Notes: generated by a model not told the origin, from the letters alone. A stretch of 57,947 bases of DNA from Desulfovibrio sp. (GCA_031276785.1 JAISMK010000060.1:1-57947); one strand, 5' to 3'. Shown: positions 19,596 to 29,440, numbered from the stretch's first letter. Made by a program: numbers and translations.

Positions 19596-21422
19596 ATGAA
19601 TGTGCAAGTAGGCAGCAGCAACCAGCCGGAATTCATGAAGTACAAAGTGGCCGCCATCAACTACGGGGCGGTGATGTATGAAAAGGATCGCAATATCGCC
19701 GAGCAGTACGCCATGGTGGAGGAGGCGGCCAAAGCGGGCGCGAAACTGATCGCCCTGCCGGAAATGGCGACCACAGGATACTGCTGGTACAACCGGGCTG
19801 AAGTGAAGCCCTTTGTCGAACCTGTCCCCGGCCCCACCACGGAAAAATTCGGAGCCCTGGCCAAGCGCTACAATTGCTGGATCGTCGTGGGCATGCCTGA
19901 AGTCGATCCCCGGACCGACATTTATTATAATTCCGCTGTGCTCATCGGCCCCAACGGCGTGATCGGCGTACACAGGAAGAGCCACGACTACATTGCCGAA
20001 CCCAAATGGTCAAAGCAGGGGGATCTCGATCACATGGTCTTTGCGACCCCCATCGGCAATATCGCCATGTTGATCTGCATGGACATCCATTTTATTGAAA
20101 CCGCCCGCATCCAGGGCCTGCGCAATGCGGACGTCATTGTACACATCAGCAACTGGCTTGCTGAAAAAACGCCGGCGCCCTACTGGCTGACCAGAGCCTT
20201 TGACAACGGCTGTTATGTGCTGGAAAGCAACAGGACCGGCCTGGAGCGGACCGTGCAGTTCTCCGGCGGCAGCGTACTCATCAATCCCGACGGAACCATC
20301 AATTCCTATGTGGATGAAGGCCATCAGATCATGTACGGCGAGGTGGATATCGCCAAAGCGCGCACAAAGTCGTTCGCCAACGGAGGGAACAAGTATCTGG
20401 AACGGCGGCCCAAGGAATATATGGAAATCATGCACGACACCTATCTGTGGAATCCGCTTGATTTCTTCAGGCTGTATGGCTACGACCCCTTGCCGACCGG
20501 CAAAAAATCCAACATTTCCGTGGCCCAGGTCCGTCCCCAGTCCGGCAATATCGCCGCCAACGTCGCCATGATCAAAGACAGGGCGGCTCAGGCCGCGGCC
20601 CAGGGCAGCGATCTGGTGGTCTTCCCGGAACTGACCCTGACCGGCCTGCCTTCCAGCCCGGATCAGGCCAAAAAACTGGCGGAAACCGCGCCCGGTCCAT
20701 CTTTGGACGCTCTCATCGACTGCGCCATGAAACACCGTCTCTATTTGGTGGTGGGCATGGTGGAAAAGGACGGCGCCAAGTTCTACAACACGGCTGCGCT
20801 GATCGGCCCGGAAGGCCTGGCGGGCAAATATCGGAAAATGCACCTCTGCGATCTGGACAAAGGTTGGGCCACGCCCGGCGATCTGGGCTTCCCGCACGTC
20901 AACACGCCTCTCGGCCGCATCGGCATGTTAATCGGCCATGACGCCATGTTCCCGGAACCCGGCCGCCTGCTCGCCCTGAACGGCGTCGATTTGATCTGCT
21001 GCCCTTCGGCTGTGAACGCGCCCAAACCCTATGGCCTCGGCGCCACCGACGCCTGGCATAATTATCCGATCCCAAGGGGACAGAGCACCATCCACTGGCA
21101 CCTGTGGCGGGTGCGCGGCGGAGAGAACAACTGCTATATGGCCTTTGCCAACATGGTCGGCGACTATATCGGCGGCGACAAATGCTTCGGCCGCAGCGGC
21201 GTCTTCCAGGCCGATACCTTTGCCTTCCCCAGGCAGGAAGTCATCCTCTCCGCAACGGAAGAGGAAATCGGCACCTGCGGCATCGACACATCCTCTTCCC
21301 CGGATTCCGTCTACCCGACCAATGTGGTCCGGCGCAAGGATCTGGTGTGCATGCGGCTGCCGCACTGGTATGATATCATCATCTCCGAACAGCCCCCTGT
21401 GCTGGAGTTGTTCAAGAAGTAA
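19596..21422 (+). CDS. Tandem two-domain nitrilase-family hydrolase
   Basis: Domain 1 LPEM/HRKSH/LICMD; domain 2 FPEL/YRKMH/LIGHD; RBS aaggag. Confidence 0.9.
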   Translation: MNVQVGSSNQPEFMKYKVAAINYGAVMYEKDRNIAEQYAMVEEAAKAGAKLIALPEMATTGYCWYNRAEVKPFVEPVPGPTTEKFGALAKRYNCWIVVGMPEVDPRTDIYYNSAVLIGPNGVIGVHRKSHDYIAEPKWSKQGDLDHMVFATPIGNIAMLICMDIHFIETARIQGLRNADVIVHISNWLAEKTPAPYWLTRAFDNGCYVLESNRTGLERTVQFSGGSVLINPDGTINSYVDEGHQIMYGEVDIAKARTKSFANGGNKYLERRPKEYMEIMHDTYLWNPLDFFRLYGYDPLPTGKKSNISVAQVRPQSGNIAANVAMIKDRAAQAAAQGSDLVVFPELTLTGLPSSPDQAKKLAETAPGPSLDALIDCAMKHRLYLVVGMVEKDGAKFYNTAALIGPEGLAGKYRKMHLCDLDKGWATPGDLGFPHVNTPLGRIGMLIGHDAMFPEPGRLLALNGVDLICCPSAVNAPKPYGLGATDAWHNYPIPRGQSTIHWHLWRVRGGENNCYMAFANMVGDYIGGDKCFGRSGVFQADTFAFPRQEVILSATEEEIGTCGIDTSSSPDSVYPTNVVRRKDLVCMRLPHWYDIIISEQPPVLELFKK

Positions 21423-21702
21423 TTCCGCGGCCGTCCGGAGAGGAAGGGTTCCTTTCCGGACGCCGTCAGGCCGGATCTCCGTTTCGGGTTTCGTTGCAGG
21501 CATATTTTCCGGTGAAAGCAACCCGACTCGCCTCTTTCCCCTTTTTCCCGGAGGTCTCCATGAGCATAAATACCTAAAATTATGGCTATTCATGAGGCAA
21601 AGTACGCTTTAACCGGATGAACCAAAATGCGCGGATGCCCCGCAACGGTGTTGCGGGGCATCCGCGGGATTGGCCCGGACTCGCCGCCGGGCGGCAAGCT
21701 AT

Positions 21703-21820
21703 GGCATTTACGCTTGAAACAGTTCGCTTACGGCCAGCCGGCCTGCTCCTGTTTCGCGGCAAGGATTTGCCGGCAAATCCTTGCAGAGCAAATTACACCT
21801 TTTCAATGGTAATTTGCTCG
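21703..21820. repeat. Degenerate family A repeat
   Basis: tttacgcttgaaa...gcaaggatttgccggcaaatccttgc agagcaaattac...gtaatttgctc. Confidence 0.6.
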
Positions 21821-21863
21821 AAAAGCTACATGGTTCCAATCTGTAACCCGGAGGAATATCTCC

Positions 21864-22130
21864 ATGCAAAGCAGACTACCGACTTTTCTTCTGGTCGTGG
21901 GAGTTCCCTTTACCCTGCTGGTTCTCTGTTTCAAAATCTACAACCGCATTGAACCGATGATCCTGGGTTTCCCCTTCCTCTACTTCTGGCTTTTCTCCTG
22001 CCTCTTCATCAGCTTCGCCAGCATGTATGTGGGCTGGAGGATTGATCCCAAAAGCGACAGAAACCTGCGTAAGCAAAACGTCAAAAACAACGCACAAAAT
22101 CAGGCGGACAGCCGGGGGAGGGATCAGTAA
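21864..22130 (+). CDS. DUF3311-like small membrane subunit of SSS transporter
   Basis: YNRIEPMILGFPFLYFW motif; TAATG coupling to the SSS gene. Confidence 0.82.
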   Translation: MQSRLPTFLLVVGVPFTLLVLCFKIYNRIEPMILGFPFLYFWLFSCLFISFASMYVGWRIDPKSDRNLRKQNVKNNAQNQADSRGRDQ

Positions 22131-23590
22131 TGGCCGTAGTTGTTCTCGGATTCATCATAGCGGTGTCGCTGGGCATCGCCGTGGCCTCCCGGCGCGGCGT
22201 CGTGCAGAACTCCATGAGCGACGTCATGGTGGCCAACCGATCCTTTGGCGCCATCCTGCTCTTTATTGTCGCCGTGGGAGAAACCTACAGCGTGGGCACC
22301 ATGATCGGCGTGCCCGGAGCCATTTACGCCAGGGGCGCCTCCTGGGCGACCTGGTTCATGGGCTACATGTGCCTTGGCTTTTCCCTCGGCTACTTTATCA
22401 ACCCCATGATCTGGCGCCTGGGGCGCCTGTCTGGCGCGGTGACCATAGCGGAGACCTTCCGCTGGCGCTTCAACAGCAGGCCCCTGGAATGTCTCATCGC
22501 CCTGCTCTGCATCATCTTCCTCATGCCCTGGATTCAAATCCAGTTCGCCGGCCTGGGCATCATCTTGAAATACATAGGCTTTGACATCAGCTATGTGACC
22601 GCGGTGTTCATCTCCGCCCTGATCGCCTACGCCTATATCGCCATCGCCGGCATCCGCGCCCCGGCTTGGGTAAGCATTCTGAAAGACGCCCTGATGCTTT
22701 TCTCCATGGTCATCGGCGGCCTTGTGGTCGCCGCCCAGTTCCCCGGAGGAGTGGAGGGAATATTCCGGGAGGTGGCCCGCGTAGCCCCTGAAAAGCTGAT
22801 CATTGATACGGAACCCATTACCAAGAATGTGACCTTCACTCTGTCCACGATGATTTTCCAGGCCATGGGGCTGTGCATGTTCCCCCTGACCTTCCAGTTC
22901 ATCTTTACCGGCAGATCGGAGGATACGGTGCGGCGCAACCAGATTTTCATGCCGCTCTATATGTACATGTATCCCTTCCTGGTGCTCACGGCCTACTTCG
23001 TACTGATCACCGTAACCGGGCTGACCAACGCCGATGAAGCCTTTATGGCCCTCATCGCGCGGGAACTGCCCCCCTGGCTGGTGGGCATGGTGGCCGGAGG
23101 CGGCGTGCTGACCTGCATCCTGGTGGCCGCCCTGTGTTCTCTCAGCATCGGCGGCTTCCTTACCCAGAACATCATCCGCCAGTTCAAGCCGGATCTGTCC
23201 CCCATGGCCTCCGTGGGCATCACCCGGGCCACCACGGCCATCGCCCTGGCCCTGAGCGCCTTCATGGCCGTGTACCTGCCCAGTCTGATGCTGGGCATCA
23301 ACAACTTCGCCTACTTCGGCTTCACCCAGATCTTCGCGGTGACCGTGGCCGGCGCCTTCTGGGCCCGCGCCACCAAGCAAGGCGTCTTTGCCGGCCTGCT
23401 GGTGGGCCTGATCATGATCTTTGTCCAGGTGGGCCTGGACATCAACATCTGGAACATCAACAAGGGCCTTATCGCCCTCATCTGCAACGCCGCCGTCATG
23501 GTCGCCGTCAGCCTGAACACTCAGCCAGACGAGGAGACCAAACAGAACTTCGCTCTGGTCCAGAACTACAACCCCACCATCAAAGCCTGA
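22130..23590 (+). CDS. Sodium:solute symporter (SSS) family protein
   Basis: VANRSFG, GETYSVGTMIGVPG, ~13 TM segments. Confidence 0.88.
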   Translation: MAVVVLGFIIAVSLGIAVASRRGVVQNSMSDVMVANRSFGAILLFIVAVGETYSVGTMIGVPGAIYARGASWATWFMGYMCLGFSLGYFINPMIWRLGRLSGAVTIAETFRWRFNSRPLECLIALLCIIFLMPWIQIQFAGLGIILKYIGFDISYVTAVFISALIAYAYIAIAGIRAPAWVSILKDALMLFSMVIGGLVVAAQFPGGVEGIFREVARVAPEKLIIDTEPITKNVTFTLSTMIFQAMGLCMFPLTFQFIFTGRSEDTVRRNQIFMPLYMYMYPFLVLTAYFVLITVTGLTNADEAFMALIARELPPWLVGMVAGGGVLTCILVAALCSLSIGGFLTQNIIRQFKPDLSPMASVGITRATTAIALALSAFMAVYLPSLMLGINNFAYFGFTQIFAVTVAGAFWARATKQGVFAGLLVGLIMIFVQVGLDINIWNINKGLIALICNAAVMVAVSLNTQPDEETKQNFALVQNYNPTIKA

Positions 23591-23658
23591 GCCATTATCC
23601 CCGCCCGGCGGCAGCGCCTCCGGGCGGGGAGCGGCTCCGCGCGCCAAGGAGGTTCCCC

Positions 23659-24879
23659 ATGCACATTACCAGCAAAGAGCGTTTACAAGAAAAAATCGCC
23701 GCCTGGAGCGCCTTTGGCGACGCCGGCCACGGCGGCATCACCCGCCTCTCCCTTTCCGCCCCGGCCTTGCAGGCCCGCGCGGAATTCGCCCGCCGCGCCA
23801 AGGAACTGGGACTGACCCTTGAGACCGACGACCTCGGCAACATGTACGCCACCAGAAGCGGCTCGGAAAAGCTGCCCCGCATCGCCATGGGCTCGCACAT
23901 GGATTCCGTGGTCTGCGGCGGCAACTATGACGGCATCCTGGGAGTCCTCACCGGCCTGGAGGTGGTGGAAACCCTGGCGCGGGAGAAGATCCCCACCCGC
24001 CACCCCATAACCGCCATGGTCTGGACCAACGAGGAAGGCGCCCGCTTTCCTCCGGCCATGATGTGTTCCGGAATTGTCACGGGCAAGTTCGACAAGGCGG
24101 CCATGATGGCCGTCAAAGACAAGGAAGGGGTGGCCTTCGGCGAGGCTCTGGAGAAGAGCGGCTACCTGGGCGATTTAAGCAAACGCCTGAACCCCTCGGA
24201 TTATGCGGCCTATCTGGAGTTGCACATTGAGCAGGGCCCCGTGCTGGAGGACGCCGGCATTACCCTTGGCGTGGTGGAAGGCGTGGTCGGCATGTGCAAC
24301 TACACCATCCAGACCCGGGGGCAGTCCGATCACGCCGGCACTACGCCCATGAATAAGCGCCAGGACGCCCTGCATGCCGCCTCGCAGCTCATCTGCTCCC
24401 TATATGTCTCCCTGGGCGCCATCGATCCGGATCTGGTCTTCACCTTCGGGCACATTGACTGCCACCCCAACGTCCATACGGTGATTCCGGACGAGGTGAG
24501 TTTTTCTCTGGACGCCCGCCACAGGGATCCGGCCGTTGTGGGCCGGGTGGTGGAAGCCATCAAGGCCCTGCCCAGGGAGGTGGTTGGCTGCGCGGTCAGC
24601 TTCCAGGAGGCCTGGTCGCGCAACACGGTTCCCTTCCATAAGCCCTTTGTGGATCTGGTGCAGAAAAACGCCGAGGCCCTCGGCTATTCCTGGAAAAGGA
24701 TGTACAGCGGCCCCGGACATGACGCCCAGTATGTGCAGGATATGCTGCCCTCGACCATGATCTTCGTCCCCAGCATCCGGGGGCACAGCCACTGTGAAGA
24801 GGAAAAGACGAATCTGGACGACTGTTGGAAAGGCGCCAATGTCCTCCTGAACACAGTTCTGGACATTGACAGGGCTTAG
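23659..24879 (+). CDS. M20 Zn-dependent hydrolase (allantoate amidohydrolase / N-carbamoyl-amino acid / beta-ureidopropionase type)
   Basis: GSHMDSV..GGNYDGILG, NEEGARF, ELHIEQGPVLE, HAGTTPM, SGPGHDAQ, GHSH. Confidence 0.92.
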   Translation: MHITSKERLQEKIAAWSAFGDAGHGGITRLSLSAPALQARAEFARRAKELGLTLETDDLGNMYATRSGSEKLPRIAMGSHMDSVVCGGNYDGILGVLTGLEVVETLAREKIPTRHPITAMVWTNEEGARFPPAMMCSGIVTGKFDKAAMMAVKDKEGVAFGEALEKSGYLGDLSKRLNPSDYAAYLELHIEQGPVLEDAGITLGVVEGVVGMCNYTIQTRGQSDHAGTTPMNKRQDALHAASQLICSLYVSLGAIDPDLVFTFGHIDCHPNVHTVIPDEVSFSLDARHRDPAVVGRVVEAIKALPREVVGCAVSFQEAWSRNTVPFHKPFVDLVQKNAEALGYSWKRMYSGPGHDAQYVQDMLPSTMIFVPSIRGHSHCEEEKTNLDDCWKGANVLLNTVLDIDRA

Positions 24880-24912
24880 AGCAGTTTAACTTTTCAAAGT
24901 TAAACTGCTCTA
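24877..24912. repeat. Family A short hairpin providing the stops of two convergent genes
   Basis: tagagcagtttaactt-ttca-aagttaaactgctcta palindrome. Confidence 0.85.
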
Positions 24913-25440
24913 TTCCGCCGCCAGATAGCTGGTGACGTCACGAATGCCGGGAGTGGCGCGGGCTGTGGCCTCAGCCCGCGCCAGATGTTCCGCGTCGGGC
25001 AGTATGCCGGTCAAAACGGCGTGGCCGCCCCAGACATCCACATCAACGCGGGAGCCGGGGGTCTCGGCCAGGGGACGCAGCCGCTCCTCCAGAGCGGCCT
25101 CCAGAAGCACATCGTTGGAGGTGTCCATGCTGCCGGCGGGGAACCAGTGGGCGGTCACCGAGACCACGCCTGCGGCCCGGCCGGCGGCGTCCAGGGCAAA
25201 GCGGCGGAAGTCGGCATCCGCCTCTCCCACCAGAAAGACATGCCCGCGGAAGCTGTGAACTTCCACGTCATTGGCCTTGGAAGGATTTTCAGCCAGCAGG
25301 GCGGAGGCCACGGCGGTCTTGACGCCGGCATCGTCATACTGGTAATCGAAGGAAGTTTTCTCCCCGCCCGGTGGGCCGGAGAGGAAGGCGCAACCGGCCG
25401 CCGGAAACAGAAAGAGCAACGACAGGACAAGAACTCTCAT
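24910..25440 (-). CDS. BON-domain lipoprotein (OsmY/DolP-like)
   Basis: Lipobox AAGC; two BON domains (DDAGVKTAV..GHVFLVG; VDVWGGHAVLTG..PGIRDV). Confidence 0.85.
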   Translation of the reverse strand: MRVLVLSLLFLFPAAGCAFLSGPPGGEKTSFDYQYDDAGVKTAVASALLAENPSKANDVEVHSFRGHVFLVGEADADFRRFALDAAGRAAGVVSVTAHWFPAGSMDTSNDVLLEAALEERLRPLAETPGSRVDVDVWGGHAVLTGILPDAEHLARAEATARATPGIRDVTSYLAAE

Positions 25441-25680
25441 GGCGAAATCCTCCGGGGGAAAAGGAGGAATGATGGAAAAAGCATAGCACGGCCAGTCCGG
25501 CCCGGTCAAGAAGCCAGGCGACGATACGGCGCGTTCTCCTTTACATCTCATGGGAATCCTGTATAAATTATAGCTGTCCTATTTACCAGTGCTTAAGAAA
25601 GAGCCCCAAACCCAAAGGGTTCTGTGCCGCCGGAGCAATTTCAAAGTGAAATTGCTCCGGCGGCATTCCGGGAACCGGCC

Positions 25681-26970
25681 ATGAACGCAAGCAAAATCCG
25701 CAACCTCATTCAGTTGCACACGCCCGAGGAAACCTCGCGGCAGAACACAGTTATCGTGGCGCGGCAGCCCATCTTCGATCTCGCCGGCGCCATCCAGGCC
25801 TATGAGCTGCTGTTCCGCGATCCCTCCCTGAAGCCGGGTCTGGGCGGCAAGAGCGCCCATGCCGCCACCTCCTCCGTGATGGTGGATGGTTTTGAGCTGA
25901 TGCGGCCCTCCCTGCGGCAGGGGCAGCGCTTCTTCATCAACTTTACCCGGGAAATGCTGGAGGCCGGCCTGGCCAACCTGCTGCCGCCCGAGTTCTGCGC
26001 GATAGAGATTCTGGAAGACGTGCAGCCTACGGAGGACGCGCTGCGGGGCCTGCTGCAGTTGAAGCAGCAGGGCTACCTCCTGGCCCTGGACGATTACACC
26101 GGCCAGGAGGATCTGGCCCCTTTTGTTCCCCTGGTGGATATCGTCAAGGTGGAAGTGCTCGGCTGTAGTCCGGACCGGCTGCTGGCCTTGGTGAACAGCC
26201 TGCTGCCCCATAAGGTCAGCCTTCTGGCGGAAAAGGTGGAGGATCTCAAGACAGCCGACCTCTGCCGCCAGATGCGATTTTCCCTTTTTCAAGGATTTTT
26301 CTACAGCAAGGCCGAACTGGTGCGGGGTAGAAAACTGACCCCTTCCCAGATCACCAAGTCGCGGATACTGGCCTATTCCTCCTCGGACGACATGGATCGG
26401 GACATCCACAAGATGGTGGACGCCATAAGCGCGGACGTCTATCTGAGCTACAAGCTGCTGCGCTATGTCAACTCCGCCTTTTTCGGCCTATCCGTGCCCG
26501 TCTCCTCCATCCGCCACGCCATAGCCATCCTGGGCAGGGTCAAGCTGCGGCAATGGCTCTGCGTCACGGCCCTGGCGGAAATGGATTCCGCCCCCATGTC
26601 GCGGGAACTTGTCCTGCTTTCCGCCCTGCGGGCGAAGTTCTTTGAACTGCTCGGCGAACGCGTCGCCCCCGGCGGGAAGCTCTCCCACTCCCTTTTCCTG
26701 GTGGGCCTTTTCTCCCTGCTGGAAAGCATGCTCCAGGTGCCCATGCGGGAAATTCTCTCCACCCTGTCCCTGGAAGAGGATCAGAAGCAGGTTCTGGCCT
26801 TTCACCAGGGGCCCCTCGCCCCCTGGCTGGATCTTCTGGACGCCTATGAACGCGGCCGCTGGGCTGAGGTGCGGGAAACCGCCGCCCGGCTGCGCCTCTC
26901 CGAGGCGGATCTCGCTCCGGCATACGCCGAGGCCAGCACCTGGAGTACCTCCCTGTTCGACGGAGACTGA
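25681..26970 (+). CDS. EAL + HDOD domain protein (YuxH-like)
   Basis: ARQPIFD, YELLFR, LALDDY, LAEKVE, LFQGFF; HDOD LSYKLLRYVNS, FLVGLFSLL. Confidence 0.9.
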   Translation: MNASKIRNLIQLHTPEETSRQNTVIVARQPIFDLAGAIQAYELLFRDPSLKPGLGGKSAHAATSSVMVDGFELMRPSLRQGQRFFINFTREMLEAGLANLLPPEFCAIEILEDVQPTEDALRGLLQLKQQGYLLALDDYTGQEDLAPFVPLVDIVKVEVLGCSPDRLLALVNSLLPHKVSLLAEKVEDLKTADLCRQMRFSLFQGFFYSKAELVRGRKLTPSQITKSRILAYSSSDDMDRDIHKMVDAISADVYLSYKLLRYVNSAFFGLSVPVSSIRHAIAILGRVKLRQWLCVTALAEMDSAPMSRELVLLSALRAKFFELLGERVAPGGKLSHSLFLVGLFSLLESMLQVPMREILSTLSLEEDQKQVLAFHQGPLAPWLDLLDAYERGRWAEVRETAARLRLSEADLAPAYAEASTWSTSLFDGD

Positions 26971-27065
26971 TAGTCCCCAGCCTTCCCCCGTGAGCGCGCT
27001 TCCCCTGCGGCCGCAAAGGCGCGACCCTGTTGACATCAGGCTGGAACAGGTGCATGGAATTTATT

Positions 27066-27260
27066 GGCGTTGACGGAGCAGCGTCCGCTTGAGCCTGTCG
27101 CCCGACCCGTGCGGAGCGGGTCCGTGCCCGCGGCGGCCAAGCTGGCAGACAGATGCGGGCAAATCTTGAAAGGGTCGGATTGCAGTTGACCAGGGCAGTC
27201 CGCAAGGCAGGCGGTCCTCGCGGGAGCGGGATCGCCTCCTTATATGCCAGGGAACACGCC
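27066..27260 (+). ncRNA. Unassigned structured RNA / leader upstream of phnX-like gene
   Basis: Nested helices with closing pair ggcgt/acgcc; TTGACA at 27030; no match to RNA families I can recall. Confidence 0.4.
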
Positions 27261-27357
27261 GCCTTTGGGTTCCCCGTCCCCAATCCCGCCGGAATGTCCA
27301 TCCGCTCCCGCCGGCGCCATGCTCCAGCGGAGCTCCGTTTGAAGGAGGGAACGCCGC

Positions 27358-28179
27358 ATGTACGAAAGAGGGTACAAGGGAAAAATCAGCCTGGTGCTTC
27401 TGGATCTGGCGGGCACCGTGTGCGACGGCGCCCAGGATCTGCGCCACCGCTGGCCCGAGGACGACTTGCGCGGCTGCAAAGCGCCGGTCCTGCCCTTTCA
27501 CACGGTCTTCAAGCGCCACGGCATTTCCCTGGACTGGACCGTGATCCGCCAGTTCATGGGCATGTACAAGCCGGATCACCTGCGCCTTCTGCTGGAACTG
27601 CCCACTGTGCGGGAACAGTACCTGAGCCTCTACGGCCATCCCTATACCCAGGAAGAATACCTGGCCTGGCTGGAGGAGTTCCGGATCCTTCTCACCGAGT
27701 GCGCCTTGGACGACGATTTGACGCGTCCCACGGACGGCGCGGCGGAATGCCTGACGGAACTGCGCCACGCCGATATCCTCCTGGGGTACGATACCGGCTA
27801 TTTCAGCGGCATTGCCCGCGCACTGACCCAAAAACTGGCTGACCTGTACAACCTGACCTTTGATGTAGGATCCAACTCCGACGAAGCGCACGGACGCCCC
27901 AGCCCCGGCATGGTCTACGACTGTATGATGAAGGCCAAGGTCTGGCCTTCGGAAGCCGTGGTCAAAGTGGACGACACGGTGGCGGGCATCCTTTCCGGCA
28001 ACAGCGCCGGCTGCTGGACCGTGGGTATCTACGCCACCGGCAGCCATGCCTATGACAAGCTGCTCACGGCCCGGCCGGACTATCTTTTGCCCTCCATCCG
28101 CTATCTGCCCGCGCTGATTTTTTTCATCATAGAGCCCCGCATCCGGCGGGGGGAACGCCCCGGCGCCGGAATCCCGTAA
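27358..28179 (+). CDS. phnX: Phosphonoacetaldehyde hydrolase-like HAD protein
   Basis: DLAGT motif I, Schiff-base loop MGMYKPDH, GRPSP, VKVDDT..GI..G..AGCWTVG. Confidence 0.75.
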   Translation: MYERGYKGKISLVLLDLAGTVCDGAQDLRHRWPEDDLRGCKAPVLPFHTVFKRHGISLDWTVIRQFMGMYKPDHLRLLLELPTVREQYLSLYGHPYTQEEYLAWLEEFRILLTECALDDDLTRPTDGAAECLTELRHADILLGYDTGYFSGIARALTQKLADLYNLTFDVGSNSDEAHGRPSPGMVYDCMMKAKVWPSEAVVKVDDTVAGILSGNSAGCWTVGIYATGSHAYDKLLTARPDYLLPSIRYLPALIFFIIEPRIRRGERPGAGIP

Positions 28180-28279
28180 ACCCTGCGCCGCCGGGAAGCC
28201 GGCGGCGCTCAACCACTGCGTCCGGCTGAGAACGGAAAGCGTCCCCATTCCGACCGGACCTTGCACTAAGGAGGTGCCC

Positions 28280-29440
28280 ATGAGTCAGTCACGCGAATTC
28301 CGCGTCCCCCCTGTCATTCGCTTCGGGGCGGGAGCAAGCCGTGAGGTCGGCCAGGAAGCTAAAGCTCTGGGCTGCGGCAAGGCCCTGATTGTAACCGATG
28401 CCTTTATGCACTCCAGCGGCGCCTGTGGCCCTGTGATCAAGGCCCTGGAAGACGCCGGGCTGGAGACGCGCATCTACGACGGCGTGAACAGCGAGCCGGA
28501 TCTCTCCCACATCAGCAGCGGGCTCGCCCTGCAACGGCAGTATGCCAGCGACCTCATAGTGGCTGTCGGCGGAGGCAGCCCCCTGGACGCGGGCAAGGCC
28601 ATCAGCGTTATGATCACCAACAGCGGCGGCATGGAAAACTACATGGGCATGGGCAAGCTGACCCGCCCCGGCCTGCCCCTCATCGCCATCCCCACCACGG
28701 CCGGCACGGGCAGCGAGGCCACTTTGTTCACCATCATCACCGATACGGCCCGGGACGTGAAAATGCTCATCGGCAGCCCCTTCATCCTGCCGCGCGTGGC
28801 CCTGGTGGACCCTGAGCTGACCCTGGCCATGCCCAAGGGGCTGACCGCCGCCACAGGCCTGGACGCCCTGACCCACGGCATTGAAGCCTATGTTTCGCGC
28901 AAATCCCAACCCATGAGCGATGTCTTCGCCCTTTCGGCCATCCGGCTGTTGGGCGAGAACCTGCGCACGGCCTGGGAGCAGCCCGGCAACTACGAGGCCC
29001 GCTCCAAAACCATGCTGGGGGCGCTGCAGGCAGGCATCGCCTTCAGCAACGCCTCGGTGGCCCTGGTACACGGCATGTCCCGGCCTGTGGGAGCGGTCTT
29101 CCATGTGGCCCACGGCGTGTCCAACGCGGCTCTTCTGGGGGAGGTGATGGAATTTTCCATTTCCGGCAACCCGGAACGGTATGCCGATGTGGCCGCGGCC
29201 CTCGGCCTGGAGCGTCAGGCCGGCGCCGAAGCCACAGCCAAGGCCGGCGCCGCCTGGGTCAAGGAACTGATCCGGACCCTGCAGGTGCCCACATACTCCC
29301 AGTTGGGCGTCACCAGGGAAAAACTGGACCAGGCGGCGGGCAAGATGGCCGACGACGCCATAGCCAGCGGAAGCCCGGCCAACAACCCCCGCATCGCCAC
29401 CCGGGATGAGATTATAGAACTGTATTACAAGGTGTTGTAG
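28280..29440 (+). CDS. Iron-containing (group III) alcohol dehydrogenase
   Basis: GGGSPLD, IPTTAGTGSE, DALTHGIE, VHGMS..VAHG. Confidence 0.93.
   Translation: MSQSREFRVPPVIRFGAGASREVGQEAKALGCGKALIVTDAFMHSSGACGPVIKALEDAGLETRIYDGVNSEPDLSHISSGLALQRQYASDLIVAVGGGSPLDAGKAISVMITNSGGMENYMGMGKLTRPGLPLIAIPTTAGTGSEATLFTIITDTARDVKMLIGSPFILPRVALVDPELTLAMPKGLTAATGLDALTHGIEAYVSRKSQPMSDVFALSAIRLLGENLRTAWEQPGNYEARSKTMLGALQAGIAFSNASVALVHGMSRPVGAVFHVAHGVSNAALLGEVMEFSISGNPERYADVAAALGLERQAGAEATAKAGAAWVKELIRTLQVPTYSQLGVTREKLDQAAGKMADDAIASGSPANNPRIATRDEIIELYYKVL

Noticed and set aside
27066..27260. 6S RNA or TPP riboswitch
   Set aside because: Has cttgagcc and atgccaggga words but lacks the 6S rod partner (ggttcaag) and the TPP ctgaga/acctga core
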